Below, piece by piece: positions 27,430 to 37,517 of a stretch of 64,000 bases of DNA. Position 1 is the first letter of the stretch, and every line of letters starts with the position of its first letter. The stretch is from Cyanobacteria bacterium P01_A01_bin.123 (lineage in GTDB: Bacteria > Cyanobacteriota > Cyanobacteriia > Phormidesmidales > Phormidesmidaceae). Below the pieces are notes generated by a model. The model saw nothing but the letters and a program-made list of their open reading frames with translations, made no database searches and had not been told where the DNA came from. The translations under genes were made by a program, and so were the position numbers. The stretch is from contig JBCBZT010000004.1 in NCBI GenBank assembly GCA_039815185.1, forward strand, positions 160,001-224,000, given 5' to 3'.

Positions 27430-30010
27430 GGTGATGATCTGCCCGGCTAACCAGATCCGCCAGCGATTCTTGCCGCCATAATAGGGCTGTTGCATCCTCA
27501 ACAGGCAGAGGTTTGGCCCAATAGTAACCTTGGCCAAACTCGCAATCCATCGACCGCAGCGCCTCGGCTTGCGCTGGCGTTTCGACCCCTTCTGCAATCA
27601 AATCCATACCCAATGTATGTCCGAGGGAAATAATGGTGCGGATGATTTCGTGGTCCTCTCGACTTTCGTCCATCCTTTGCACAAAAGATAGATCGATCTT
27701 GAGGATATCCACTGGAAATCGACGCAGATGGTTAAGGGACGAATAGCCTGTCCCAAAATCATCCAGCCCCAACGTGCAGCCCAGGGATTTGAGTCGTAAC
27801 ATCAGATCGATCGCCACTTCAACATTACCCATCACCATACTTTCGGTAATTTCGAGTTTGAGCTCTGCCCCTTCGATGCCAGAATCACGAATGCTTTGAG
27901 CCAAGTGACCAATCAATTCGGGTTGTTCAAACTGGCGTCCAGAAATGTTGATGCCCATCATTAAGAGCTGGCTTGGAAATTGAGTTTTCCATTGGCGGAC
28001 TTGATGGCAAGCGGATTGGCAAATCCATTCGCCTAGGGGAATGATCAACCCAGTTTCTTCAGCCAAGGGAATAAACTGTTGAGGTGAAAGCAAACCCCGT
28101 TTAGGGTGATGCCATCGCACCAGTGCTTCAAACCCAACCACATTGCCACCATTGAGGGACATGATTGGCTGATAGTGCAACACAAATTCCTGGTTGTTGA
28201 TACCCTGGCGCAGATCTTTTTCTAGGGTGAATCGATCCACAGACTCTTCTAACATGCCTGCGGCAAATACTTGATAATGGGTCTCACCCAGAGATTTAGC
28301 GCGATACATCGCCGTATGGGCATCTCGCAGCAAATCTTCGGGCGTGTGTCGATATTCATGCTGGGTCAGCGCAATGCCGATGCTAGTGGTGATCACAATA
28401 GGCTGTTGATTAAGCCAGAAAGGATCTGCCAGCACCGTTTGCAGTTGGTCGGCGAGGGTCGTGAGGGTACCGTTATGACGTTGCTTACAGGCAAGCGCAA
28501 ATTCGTCACCACTCACCCTAGCTAAACGAACGGAACCGGGTAAGAGGGTATGCAACCGATCGACGATCAGCAGTAGCAGGCGATCACCCATTTGCCGTCC
28601 AAGACTTTGATTGATCAGTTGAAACCGATTCAGCCCTAGAAACATAACCCCCAAAGCGGATGACGGCTTGTCATGGGGTCGATGGGCTAATGATCGTGTC
28701 AGAGAACGGACAAAAGCACTACGATTGAGCAACCCTGTGAGGGTATCTCGAGTGGTGGCGTATCGCAGTCGGTGGGCCATGACAAAACCCAATCCCGCCA
28801 CAAAGCCCAAGGCAGGCTCCGCCATAGGAATCCAAATCAGCTGGCTAAATGAAATCCATCCGATGCCGCCAATCAGGCCCAGACAGACTGTCCCGGCCAC
28901 GCCAAAGGCTAAAGGATGGCGCAAACTCCACCCCAAACAACCGGCCACCGTTGCCCAACCCCAAAACCAGAGCCACTCTCCCCAACGCGGCCAAAATCGA
29001 AACAATCTCGGATTGTCAGAAGGAATATCGAGCAGTTGGCTGACCATCTGGGCATGGATGATTACCCCTGGCATCTGGAAGATATCTGATTGGGCAGAGC
29101 TATAGGGGGTATAGATCATGTCCTTTAAGCTGGGGGCAAAGGTGCCCACCAGCACGACTTTGTCGCGGATCCACTGAGGATTGACAGTGCCATTCAATAG
29201 TTGACTAAACGTGACGGTGTGGGCCACGTCCCGCCGAGTGCGATAGGGCAACATTACTTGATAGCCCCGAGTATCAGCCGTTTGATACCCCCCATCGGTG
29301 GCCTTTAGGGGAATCACGGGGCGATCGCCCATGAATAACGCATCTGGCGTTACGTCAAAGGTAATCCCCTCTGCTGCCAGATAGGCCAAACTCACCCGCA
29401 GTGCAAAGGAATAGTAATCTTGCTCTGCACCAGCGACAAACAGCAAATTGCGACGCAACACGCCATCTGCATCCAGTGTCAGGTTGTTAAAGCCCACTCG
29501 ATCAGCCTCAACCCCGGACGGCGGCGAAATGTCATGGGCCACATTCGTAATGACAATCAGGTTGTCAGCATGAAGCTGGGTTGCAAAGGCGGTTTGACCT
29601 GGAGGGACGACCATATCCCGGTAAAGATCTAGCCCGATTACTCGCGGTTGGTGCATTTGCAACTGGCTTAACCCCTGGGCCAACTCTTGATCAGATAGCG
29701 GCCAACCATAACGTTGTAAATCGTCTTCATTGATGGTGACAATCAACAACCGGGGATCTAAATCTGCATCGGGTTGCAGTTGAACAAATCGGTCAAAGAT
29801 CTGAAGCTCTAGGGATTCCAACACGCTGAACCGCTGCAGCCCCAAAAACAATCCAGTCAGAAGCGTACTTGAAACCAGCACTGAACGGCCTGCCACCCAA
29901 ATGATGCGAGGTAGGGGGCTTTTGTAAACGCTCAACTGTTGGATTTGCCGCAAACGCGATCGCAGTTGAGTCACTAGAGCAGCGATTGGCAAAGACACTC
30001 CAGACTTCAT
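27422..30010 (-). CDS. CHASE2 - GGDEF - EAL membrane protein (probable c-di-GMP phosphodiesterase)
   Basis: CHASE2 (DPRLLIVTINE.D...WPLSD, PRVIGLDLYRD, DADGVLRR, MPGVIIHAQMVSQLL), 3 TM, DTLTGLLNR, SGDEF, FEALVRW, LDDFGTGYSSL, EGVE. Confidence 0.93.
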   Translation of the reverse strand: MKSGVSLPIAALVTQLRSRLRQIQQLSVYKSPLPRIIWVAGRSVLVSSTLLTGLFLGLQRFSVLESLELQIFDRFVQLQPDADLDPRLLIVTINEDDLQRYGWPLSDQELAQGLSQLQMHQPRVIGLDLYRDMVVPPGQTAFATQLHADNLIVITNVAHDISPPSGVEADRVGFNNLTLDADGVLRRNLLFVAGAEQDYYSFALRVSLAYLAAEGITFDVTPDALFMGDRPVIPLKATDGGYQTADTRGYQVMLPYRTRRDVAHTVTFSQLLNGTVNPQWIRDKVVLVGTFAPSLKDMIYTPYSSAQSDIFQMPGVIIHAQMVSQLLDIPSDNPRLFRFWPRWGEWLWFWGWATVAGCLGWSLRHPLAFGVAGTVCLGLIGGIGWISFSQLIWIPMAEPALGFVAGLGFVMAHRLRYATTRDTLTGLLNRSAFVRSLTRSLAHRPHDKPSSALGVMFLGLNRFQLINQSLGRQMGDRLLLLIVDRLHTLLPGSVRLARVSGDEFALACKQRHNGTLTTLADQLQTVLADPFWLNQQPIVITTSIGIALTQHEYRHTPEDLLRDAHTAMYRAKSLGETHYQVFAAGMLEESVDRFTLEKDLRQGINNQEFVLHYQPIMSLNGGNVVGFEALVRWHHPKRGLLSPQQFIPLAEETGLIIPLGEWICQSACHQVRQWKTQFPSQLLMMGINISGRQFEQPELIGHLAQSIRDSGIEGAELKLEITESMVMGNVEVAIDLMLRLKSLGCTLGLDDFGTGYSSLNHLRRFPVDILKIDLSFVQRMDESREDHEIIRTIISLGHTLGMDLIAEGVETPAQAEALRSMDCEFGQGYYWAKPLPVEDATALLWRQESLADLVSRADHHPN

Positions 30011-30053
30011 TCAAACAATAGTAATTATGACGTTCTCCCAGAATCTCATCTTT

Positions 30054-30200
30054 CTATCGGGTGCCGCCCCCAACCTGCCGCCCAGGGAAATTACCGCGAT
30101 CTGAACTGCCACCCTCAGCCCAGGCAGGCATAGCCATTGCCCCCAAAACGACAAAGGTCAGTAGGCCTATGGATACCGTTGCTCGTTTTAGGGAAATCAT
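30054..30200 (-). CDS. 48-aa secreted micropeptide ending in a DUF928-like GGGTR motif
   Basis: Below ORF-track cut-off. MISLKRATVSIGLLTFVVLGAMAMPAWA|EGGSSDRGNFPGRQVGGGTR*; purine-rich leader AAAGAAGAGAG; stop 43 nt before the CHASE2 gene start on the same strand. Confidence 0.75.
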   Translation of the reverse strand: MISLKRATVSIGLLTFVVLGAMAMPAWAEGGSSDRGNFPGRQVGGGTR

Positions 30201-30810
30201 GAATAGCTCTCTTCTTTACTTATAAGCTCAGCAACAACGCTCAAAACATTTTGTTTGAAGATGGAGGTGTGTCTTCAGCTCAAGATCCCAAACTAACCTC
30301 TGACCCAGTGATGATTGAGGTTTGTTTCTTTAGGGATTTTTATTCCGTCATGTCTAGACTAGAGGGTATTCAACTGAAGAATAACCGTGATGACACCAGT
30401 ATTGAGTTATACCTAATTTAAAGACTGCTAAGTTTATATATAGTTTTAGACAACACCACGACTTTGAAAGGATTAGCGCTGTGCTTACACAATCGAACCC
30501 GGGTTGTTAGGGATTTAACTGATTCAGTATTTTGAGAGAGATTGGTATCATCTAACACATCTTAATGTGATAAAAATATAGGCTGAAATTACTTGGTTAT
30601 TGGGCTGATAACAGCGCTCGATTGAGTCATGAAGGGTGAGTGTTGCATGCTCGGGTCTGATCGACGGACAATTCTGAGAACCAGCAACAGACTCTGCTAA
30701 TAGCTGCTGACCCTCTGCGCAAAAATTCTATCAATCAGCGTTCCTTCTGCGAAGTCTGGGACAACCGTATTATGATGACGAATGAGCAGATTTAAGTTTT
30801 GTAAATTATT

Positions 30811-31434
30811 TTGACTTCAGTCTTTAAGCACACTCAATCTTTTGAGGCGGTTGCCGATTGGTATGCGCTTAATCCGATTTGGCAAGGCGCGGGAGAAGTT
30901 GTTCAGCAAGGCATGCCCCACGATCAGCTTTCCCCAACTTGGCAGATGCTGATGCTGGGGGACGGTTCGCCAACCCGTCACCTACAGTTATTGACACGTG
31001 AGCGTACCGAGGTCGATGTGATTGATATGTCCTTAATCGGCATGGACTTAGACAATGCGCCCAATTCAATTTGTATGGTGCCGGGCCCTAGGCTGAGGCG
31101 GCAAGTGTGGTTGCGCACGGCTTCCGGGCAGCGGCTTGCCTATGCTGCCTCTTGGTGGGAAGCCAGTCATGTAGATGAGTATTTGCAAAATCGATCGCTA
31201 CCCATTTGGGCCAGCTTGGCCCAGTTGCGGACGGAGCTTTATCGGGATATTCAAGGGATTTGCTACGGCTATTCTGCCGAGCTAGAAACTGAATTTGGTC
31301 AGGTGGGGCCTTTTTGGGGTCGTCATTACTTGTTTTGGCATGATGGTAAGCCCTTAACGCTGATCTATGAAGTCTTCTCCCCCTACTTGACCCGATATTT
31401 GGGGCCAACTCGCTTAGAGGTAACCCCTTCATAA
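30811..31434 (+). CDS. ubiC: Chorismate-pyruvate lyase (UbiC-like, DUF98 type)
   Basis: LLGDGSPTRHL, RLRRQVWL...LAYAASWW, PIW..L, WGRHYLF...PLTLIYEVFSP; TTG start. Confidence 0.8.
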   Translation: MTSVFKHTQSFEAVADWYALNPIWQGAGEVVQQGMPHDQLSPTWQMLMLGDGSPTRHLQLLTRERTEVDVIDMSLIGMDLDNAPNSICMVPGPRLRRQVWLRTASGQRLAYAASWWEASHVDEYLQNRSLPIWASLAQLRTELYRDIQGICYGYSAELETEFGQVGPFWGRHYLFWHDGKPLTLIYEVFSPYLTRYLGPTRLEVTPS

Positions 31435-31559
31435 AGCCAGCCTAGGCCGGGATTGGGCGTTTCTTTGTAGCCAAAACTTGGGGTCTTGTTAATAATCACA
31501 ACTCATCCGGTAACGCTGGGTAAGACGGTGTTTTCTTGAATAGAGAGCAGGTTGTAACC

Positions 31560-34472
31560 ATGACACATCGTTTCATCCAAAGATTCGGGACTCGATTTGG
31601 GGCATTGCTGCTATTAGGACTGGCGATACCTACTGTGGGGCTGCTCCCAACATCGACAGCGATCGCCCAGGTAAGCACCGACCCCCATCAGCTGCTCCAC
31701 GACGGCATTAACGCCCTCAACCAAGGCAACTATCCCCTTGCGCTACAGCGGTTACAACTGTCTTTGAGTTTGTATCGGCGAGCAGGCGATCGCCTCTATG
31801 AAGGTGTTGTCTACAGTTGGCTGGGTTCGGTCTATGACGAGATGGGGCGCTATGACGACGCGATCGCGGCCCTAGAGCAAGCCTTAGCCATCAGCCAAGC
31901 AGTTGAAGATCGAGTCGGCGAGGGGGTAGCCCTTAATCAAATTGGATTAATTCATCAGCGACGGGGCAATGACGCCGAAGCGCTGGATGCCTACGAACAA
32001 GCGCTAGCCATTTTTCAAGAAACCGCTGAGACAGAAGGCGAAGCTGCGACTTTGAATAACATCGCCAGCATTTATGATCGCCGTGGAGACTATGCTGACG
32101 CCCTTAATACGTACGAACAAGCCCTAGTGCGCTATCGCCAGTTGGGCAGACGTAGTAGCGAAGCAAATACGCTAAAAGGCATGGGCGTGGTGCACTACAA
32201 CCAAGCTAACTATGGCCAAGCCCTAGATCTTTACCAACAGGCTTTGACAATTCAAACGGCGATCGGCGATCGGCGAGAAATAGCCAGCACCCTCAATAAC
32301 ATCGGTGCTGTCCACGCTGATTTAGGCGATTATGCTGCCGCCTTCGAGGCTTACACCCACGCCCTAGAAGTGCGACAAGCCTTGGGCGATCGCGCCGGAA
32401 CAGCGACTACTCTCAACAATATTGCGCTACTACAAGCAGCTCAAGGTAACTATGCTGCCGCCCAGGAGGGCTATAACCAAAGTTTAGCCATTGCCCAAGA
32501 CATGGGCGATCGCCATAGCGAAAGCATAGTCCTGACAAATTTAGGCAATTTGAGCACGACTCTCGGGCAGTTCGACCGTGCCCTGACCTATCATCAGCAA
32601 GCCTTGACCCTACGCCAGACCCTCGACGATCGCGTTGGTATTGGCAGCACCCTCAACAACATGGGGCGGGTCTACTACCAGCAAGGTCATTATGACGAGG
32701 CCCTCAGTGCCTATCGACAAAGTTTAGCGATTTCCCAAACGATTAACACGCCAGATCGAGAGGCGTCTACCCTGGTTAACATCGGGGCTGTTTACGACAA
32801 CCTGGGCGACTTTGAGACGTCTTTGCAACACTATCAGGATGCCTTAGAGATCTTTCAAAATCTAGGTATGCCTGGGTTAGAGAGTGCAACATTAAACAAT
32901 ATTGGCTATGTCTACAGGTTGCAGGGGAATTATGACCAGGCTATTTCAACCTACGAGGCAGCCCTAGCAATTGCCCAAACCATCGGTGATCGCAGTGGCG
33001 CAGCGACGACCCTCAGCAATCTGGGCATTGTCCAACTATGGAGCCAAAACTTTGAGGCAGCTGAGGAGAATTTATTAGCCGCGATCGCAATCTTGACCAG
33101 TTTGCGTAGCCAGGATTTGAGCGATGACGCCAAAATTAGCCTGTTCGATACTCAAGCTGCTACCTATAAGGCGCTCCAGCAGCTCTATGTCGCCCAAAAC
33201 CAACCCCAACGGGCACTGGAAATTTCTGAACAGGGTCGGACTCGTGCTTTTGTAGATCTGTTGACAACCCGGTTAGACAGTGACTCAGAACAGACTGCCC
33301 CCACGATCGCTGCCTCAACTGCCCCTGACATTGAGTCTATCCGCCGCATCGCGGCCCAACATCAAGCCACCCTAGTGGAATACTCCTGGGTTGATCGCTG
33401 CACGCTCTACATTTGGGTAGTGCAACCTGACGGCACCGTCGATTTTCGCCAGGCAGGAGAGTTAGATGAAACGGTGCCCGTAAGTCAGGCAGTGGCCACT
33501 GCCTCGTCTCAAGCGCGCTCAGCCTGCGTGCGTCGAGGCGTTGGTGTAATTGCGGCTGAGGAACTTGAAAATGCTGACGACAGTGCCTTGCAGACCTTAC
33601 ATCAAATCTTGATCGACCCGATCGCCGATTTGCTCCCGACCGATCCAGACGATCACGTCATCTTTATTCCCCATGAGGAACTGTTTTTGGTGCCGTTTCC
33701 TGCGCTTCAAAGTCCCTCGGGGCGTTACTTGATTGAGGACCACACCCTACTGACCGCCCCGTCGATTCAGGTACTCGATCTGACTGCTCAGCGCCAAGCG
33801 GCGATCGCCCAAGCCAGTTCTGTTCAACCCGCTGGAGCTAGGCCTTTAATTGTGGGTAATCCCACCATGCCTAGCCTTGAGTCACCCTTATCGTCTCGCG
33901 CAGAACCGCTAGCACCCCTGCCTGGAGCCGAAGCCGAAGCCAACGCGATCGCAGCCCTGCTGGATACCACCGCCATTACAGGCCAACAAGCTACGGAATC
34001 CTTCATCAAAGCACAGCTCGAAACAGCCCCGATTATCCATTTGGCTACCCATGGTCTCTTGGATTACGGGGTGACAGCAACCTCAGATGGGGTAACCATA
34101 CCGGGCGCGATCGCCCTTGCCCCCAGTACCACTGAAGACGGTCTGCTCACCGCCCGCGAAATTCTGGGATTGTCTACCCAGGCAGATTTAGTCGTGCTGA
34201 GCGCTTGTGACACTGGCTTGGGGACGATTACGGGAGACGGTGTCGTGGGGCTAGCCCGCGCTTGGATTGCAGCCGGTACCCCCAGCCTTGTGGTGTCTCT
34301 GTGGTTAGTCCCCGATGCCCCTACCGCCATCCTGATGACCGAGTTTTATCGCCAGCAACAATCAGGCCTTGATAAGGCTCAAGCCTTACGTCAAGCCATG
34401 CTGCACACGATGGCTAGCAATCCTGAACCCCGCGACTGGGCTGCGTTTACCCTCATTGGCGAGGCCCAATGA
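31560..34472 (+). CDS. Secreted TPR-repeat CHAT (caspase-like) protease
   Basis: Signal peptide (AIA|Q), about 12 TPR repeats (TLNNIG.VY...G.Y..AL..YQQAL), CHAT dyad motifs IHLATHG and LVVLSACDTG, SLW.V.D, WAAFTLIG. Confidence 0.93.
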   Translation: MTHRFIQRFGTRFGALLLLGLAIPTVGLLPTSTAIAQVSTDPHQLLHDGINALNQGNYPLALQRLQLSLSLYRRAGDRLYEGVVYSWLGSVYDEMGRYDDAIAALEQALAISQAVEDRVGEGVALNQIGLIHQRRGNDAEALDAYEQALAIFQETAETEGEAATLNNIASIYDRRGDYADALNTYEQALVRYRQLGRRSSEANTLKGMGVVHYNQANYGQALDLYQQALTIQTAIGDRREIASTLNNIGAVHADLGDYAAAFEAYTHALEVRQALGDRAGTATTLNNIALLQAAQGNYAAAQEGYNQSLAIAQDMGDRHSESIVLTNLGNLSTTLGQFDRALTYHQQALTLRQTLDDRVGIGSTLNNMGRVYYQQGHYDEALSAYRQSLAISQTINTPDREASTLVNIGAVYDNLGDFETSLQHYQDALEIFQNLGMPGLESATLNNIGYVYRLQGNYDQAISTYEAALAIAQTIGDRSGAATTLSNLGIVQLWSQNFEAAEENLLAAIAILTSLRSQDLSDDAKISLFDTQAATYKALQQLYVAQNQPQRALEISEQGRTRAFVDLLTTRLDSDSEQTAPTIAASTAPDIESIRRIAAQHQATLVEYSWVDRCTLYIWVVQPDGTVDFRQAGELDETVPVSQAVATASSQARSACVRRGVGVIAAEELENADDSALQTLHQILIDPIADLLPTDPDDHVIFIPHEELFLVPFPALQSPSGRYLIEDHTLLTAPSIQVLDLTAQRQAAIAQASSVQPAGARPLIVGNPTMPSLESPLSSRAEPLAPLPGAEAEANAIAALLDTTAITGQQATESFIKAQLETAPIIHLATHGLLDYGVTATSDGVTIPGAIALAPSTTEDGLLTAREILGLSTQADLVVLSACDTGLGTITGDGVVGLARAWIAAGTPSLVVSLWLVPDAPTAILMTEFYRQQQSGLDKAQALRQAMLHTMASNPEPRDWAAFTLIGEAQ

Positions 34473-34639
34473 GGAACTCAACTTAAGGTGAGATACTGTG
34501 TGCTGGCACTAATCAAACCTTGGCATTGGCAGGCATGGTCGTTATCGTATCTCCGTTTCTGGTTTTCGAGACATCACTTGAGTCAAGGTGATCCGGTGTC
34601 CATTACACTGGAAACGGTATACCTCAATGGATTGGACAC

Positions 34640-35068
34640 ATGATGGGGCATCGGCTAGGACGCACTGCGATTGGCATTTTGCTTGTCGTTACCTTGAGTG
34701 CCTGTAGTTTGTTGGGGCAAAATCCACCCAAAGAGATCATTGAAAATGCGATCGCGCTCCAGCTAAGCCAAACCCAGCAAGCTTTATCCCAGCAGCTGAC
34801 CCCCAGTGCCAAAGCCACCCCCAGGGTTGAGGTGAGTCGGGTTAAGGTGCGCCAACGGCAAGCTACTCAGCTCAATACCTACACCGTATATCGGGTTACA
34901 GGCACCTGCGATCTGCAACTCACTTTCCCAAATCGCCGCGTGACCGAAACCGCCACGCCTTTTGAAGTGTATGTCCAACCTGGCTCTGCTAAGGCCACCT
35001 GGCTATTGGCCCATCCTGAAGCTGGTGCTGAGTCAGACACAACGACTTGGAAAACTTATCCTATTTGA
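34640..35068 (+). CDS. Putative lipoprotein
   Basis: Lipobox LSAC after a hydrophobic stretch; conserved cyanobacterial type (AIALQLSQTQ..L, PFEVY). Confidence 0.75.
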   Translation: MMGHRLGRTAIGILLVVTLSACSLLGQNPPKEIIENAIALQLSQTQQALSQQLTPSAKATPRVEVSRVKVRQRQATQLNTYTVYRVTGTCDLQLTFPNRRVTETATPFEVYVQPGSAKATWLLAHPEAGAESDTTTWKTYPI

Positions 35069-35313
35069 TAACCCAAATTCGGTGGAGGCTTATGCTCCTC
35101 TCAGTTTTACTGGGACTTTACAAGAGATTGACTCAAACTTGATGCGCTAGTCTATGAGGTCAGCTTTTATAGAAGAGAGAATGCTGATGTTTCTAGGGCA
35201 TGCTAGTAAAGATATTACGGAAGTTAGACTTCTGCCATTGATGTCACTGTCTAGTCCTACCCCATAACACTGTCTAATTTAGATCTTATCCTTCTATCAG
35301 CGAATAGAATCCT

Positions 35314-36246
35314 ATGTCAATGCCCCGAATTTCTGCCATTATTTGTACGCACAATCGGGATGCTTATTTAGGTGCAGCCATTGATAGCCTGCTGAATCAA
35401 GATTGTGCTGACTATGAAGTCATTGTGATTGACAATGCCTCCACTGATAAAACTCGTGCAGTGGTTGAAACCCGATTATCTGATCCACGGTTGACCTACA
35501 TCTACGAGGCAACTTTGGGCCTGTCGGTGGCCCGCAATACGGGGGCAAACGCTGCAAAAGCAGATATTTTGGCCTATCTTGATGATGATGCTGAAGCCAG
35601 TCAGGGCTGGTTGTCAGCATTGCTGCAGGCTTATGATGAGAACGAAAAGCTCGCGATCGCTGGGGGAAAAGTTACCCTAATCTGGCCCCCTGGGACAACC
35701 TCTCCTTCCTGGCTATCGGTAGAGTTATCTGGAAGTTTAGGGGCCTATGATTTGGGTGATGAGGTAGTGTATATCCAAAAGCCAGGGTTAACCCCACGTG
35801 GGCTCAACTACTCCCTCCGAAGCAGCTTTTTGGAATCCGTTGGGGGATTTGATGCGAACTTGGGTCGAGTGGGCAAAAATCTATTGTCCAACGAAGAATT
35901 ACATATGACCCAGTTAGCCTTAGAACAAGGTTGGCAAGTGGCCTATCTACCCAACGCCCTTGCTGCTCATAATGTCTCCCCTGCTCGCATGAAACGGTCT
36001 TGGCACTTAAGTCGCAGTTGGTGGCAAGGCATTAGTGAGTGCTACCGTGAACAACTTGCCGGACGCACTGGTGTAGGGCAACTGCGTCGGGGTGGAGAAA
36101 GAATGGTGCGGGGTCTCTATAAAACTGTCAAATATTTGAGAGACCCTGCTGAGTGCTTTGCTAACTTCGCCTATGCTTATGGTCAAGTTGGGTATCTGAT
36201 TAGCGCTATTCGGGGCATGGTAATGCCTCCTGCCGCCACCGAGTAG
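35314..36246 (+). CDS. Glycosyltransferase family 2
   Basis: ISAIICTHNR, IDNASTD, GLSVARNTG, YLDDD, GGFD..LGR, SNEE. Confidence 0.92.
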   Translation: MSMPRISAIICTHNRDAYLGAAIDSLLNQDCADYEVIVIDNASTDKTRAVVETRLSDPRLTYIYEATLGLSVARNTGANAAKADILAYLDDDAEASQGWLSALLQAYDENEKLAIAGGKVTLIWPPGTTSPSWLSVELSGSLGAYDLGDEVVYIQKPGLTPRGLNYSLRSSFLESVGGFDANLGRVGKNLLSNEELHMTQLALEQGWQVAYLPNALAAHNVSPARMKRSWHLSRSWWQGISECYREQLAGRTGVGQLRRGGERMVRGLYKTVKYLRDPAECFANFAYAYGQVGYLISAIRGMVMPPAATE

Positions 36247-36537
36247 TTTACAGGTGTCATCTGCTGGGTGGGTTCCAAAAACCTCAGAGTGGGCCAATTT
36301 AACTCATTGCGGTCTGTTATGCCCTGATCTTAGCGTCAACTGCATGTGAAATGGATCAACATGGTAATCAAAGTCCTGAAAAATCGAGATGACGAGATGA
36401 CTTGTTCATGATTGCTTGAATTTTTAGCTTATTTTTTGTCGAAACAAGCTTACTGACAGTGAAATTGGGCATGCTTAGGCCAGTCCTGATTTATGTGACC
36501 GCTGTTCGCCAGTCCATTGCCATTTACCCTAACTGCT

Positions 36538-37500
36538 ATGACTGTGGTATCCAAAGTCCCCGTTTCCGTTCTAATCCCCGCCAAGAACGAGGAAGAAAAT
36601 CTCCCCGCTTGCTTGGAGAGTGTCGCTAAAGCCGATGAGATTTTTGTCGTAGATTCCCAAAGTGACGATCGCTCGGTAGAAATCTCCGAAAACTTTGGGG
36701 CAAACGTAGAACAGTTTCATTTCAACGGACGCTGGCCTAAGAAAAAGAACTGGTCTCTAGAAAATTTGCCTTTCCGTAACGACTGGGTTTTGATCGTCGA
36801 CTGTGACGAGCGGATTACACCTGAGCTTTGGGATGAAATTGAAGTTGCCATTCAAGATCCTGAGCACAGTGGCTATTATCTCAACCGACGCGTCTTTTTC
36901 CTCGGCAAATGGATTCGCTACGGGGGCAAATATCCCGACTGGAATCTACGGCTGTTCCGCCACCGTCAGGGTCGCTACGAAAATCTCAACACTGAAGAAA
37001 TTCGCAACACGGGCGATAACGAAGTCCATGAACACGTGGTAGTCGAGTCTGGTAAAGTAGGCTACCTCAAAGCAGACATGCTGCACATTGATTTCCGCGA
37101 CATGTACCATTGGTTGGCCCGCCACAATCGCTATTCCAACTGGGAGGCTCGGGTTTACTACAACCTACTGACGGGCATGGCCGATGATGGGACTATCGGA
37201 GCCAACTTGTTTGGTGATTCGGTGCAGCGAAAGCGCTTTTTGAAAAAGATTTGGGTGCGGTTGCCGTTCAAACCGCTTTTGCGATTTATCTTGTTCTACT
37301 TTATTCGGTTGGGCTTTTTGGACGGCCGGGCTGGGTATATTTATGGCCGATTAATCAGCCAGTATGAATATCAAATTGGCGTCAAGCTCTACGAACTGAA
37401 ACAGTTTGGCGGTCATCTTAATGTCAAAGCTGCAGCTGCTGCTCAGTCTGAAACGCCTGTGACACAAAAACCCCTGGCCCAAGCTCAACCAGACGCCTAG
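36538..37500 (+). CDS. Glycosyltransferase family 2
   Basis: VSVLIPAKNEE, VVDSQSDD, DCDE, YPDWNLRLF, EVHEH, GFLDGRAG. Confidence 0.92.
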   Translation: MTVVSKVPVSVLIPAKNEEENLPACLESVAKADEIFVVDSQSDDRSVEISENFGANVEQFHFNGRWPKKKNWSLENLPFRNDWVLIVDCDERITPELWDEIEVAIQDPEHSGYYLNRRVFFLGKWIRYGGKYPDWNLRLFRHRQGRYENLNTEEIRNTGDNEVHEHVVVESGKVGYLKADMLHIDFRDMYHWLARHNRYSNWEARVYYNLLTGMADDGTIGANLFGDSVQRKRFLKKIWVRLPFKPLLRFILFYFIRLGFLDGRAGYIYGRLISQYEYQIGVKLYELKQFGGHLNVKAAAAAQSETPVTQKPLAQAQPDA

Positions 37501-37517
37501 GCACCCCATTAGCATAT

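Noticed and set aside
30545..30558. NtcA-like site GTA-N8-CAC
   Set aside because: One mismatch in an AT-rich region, with no supporting context.
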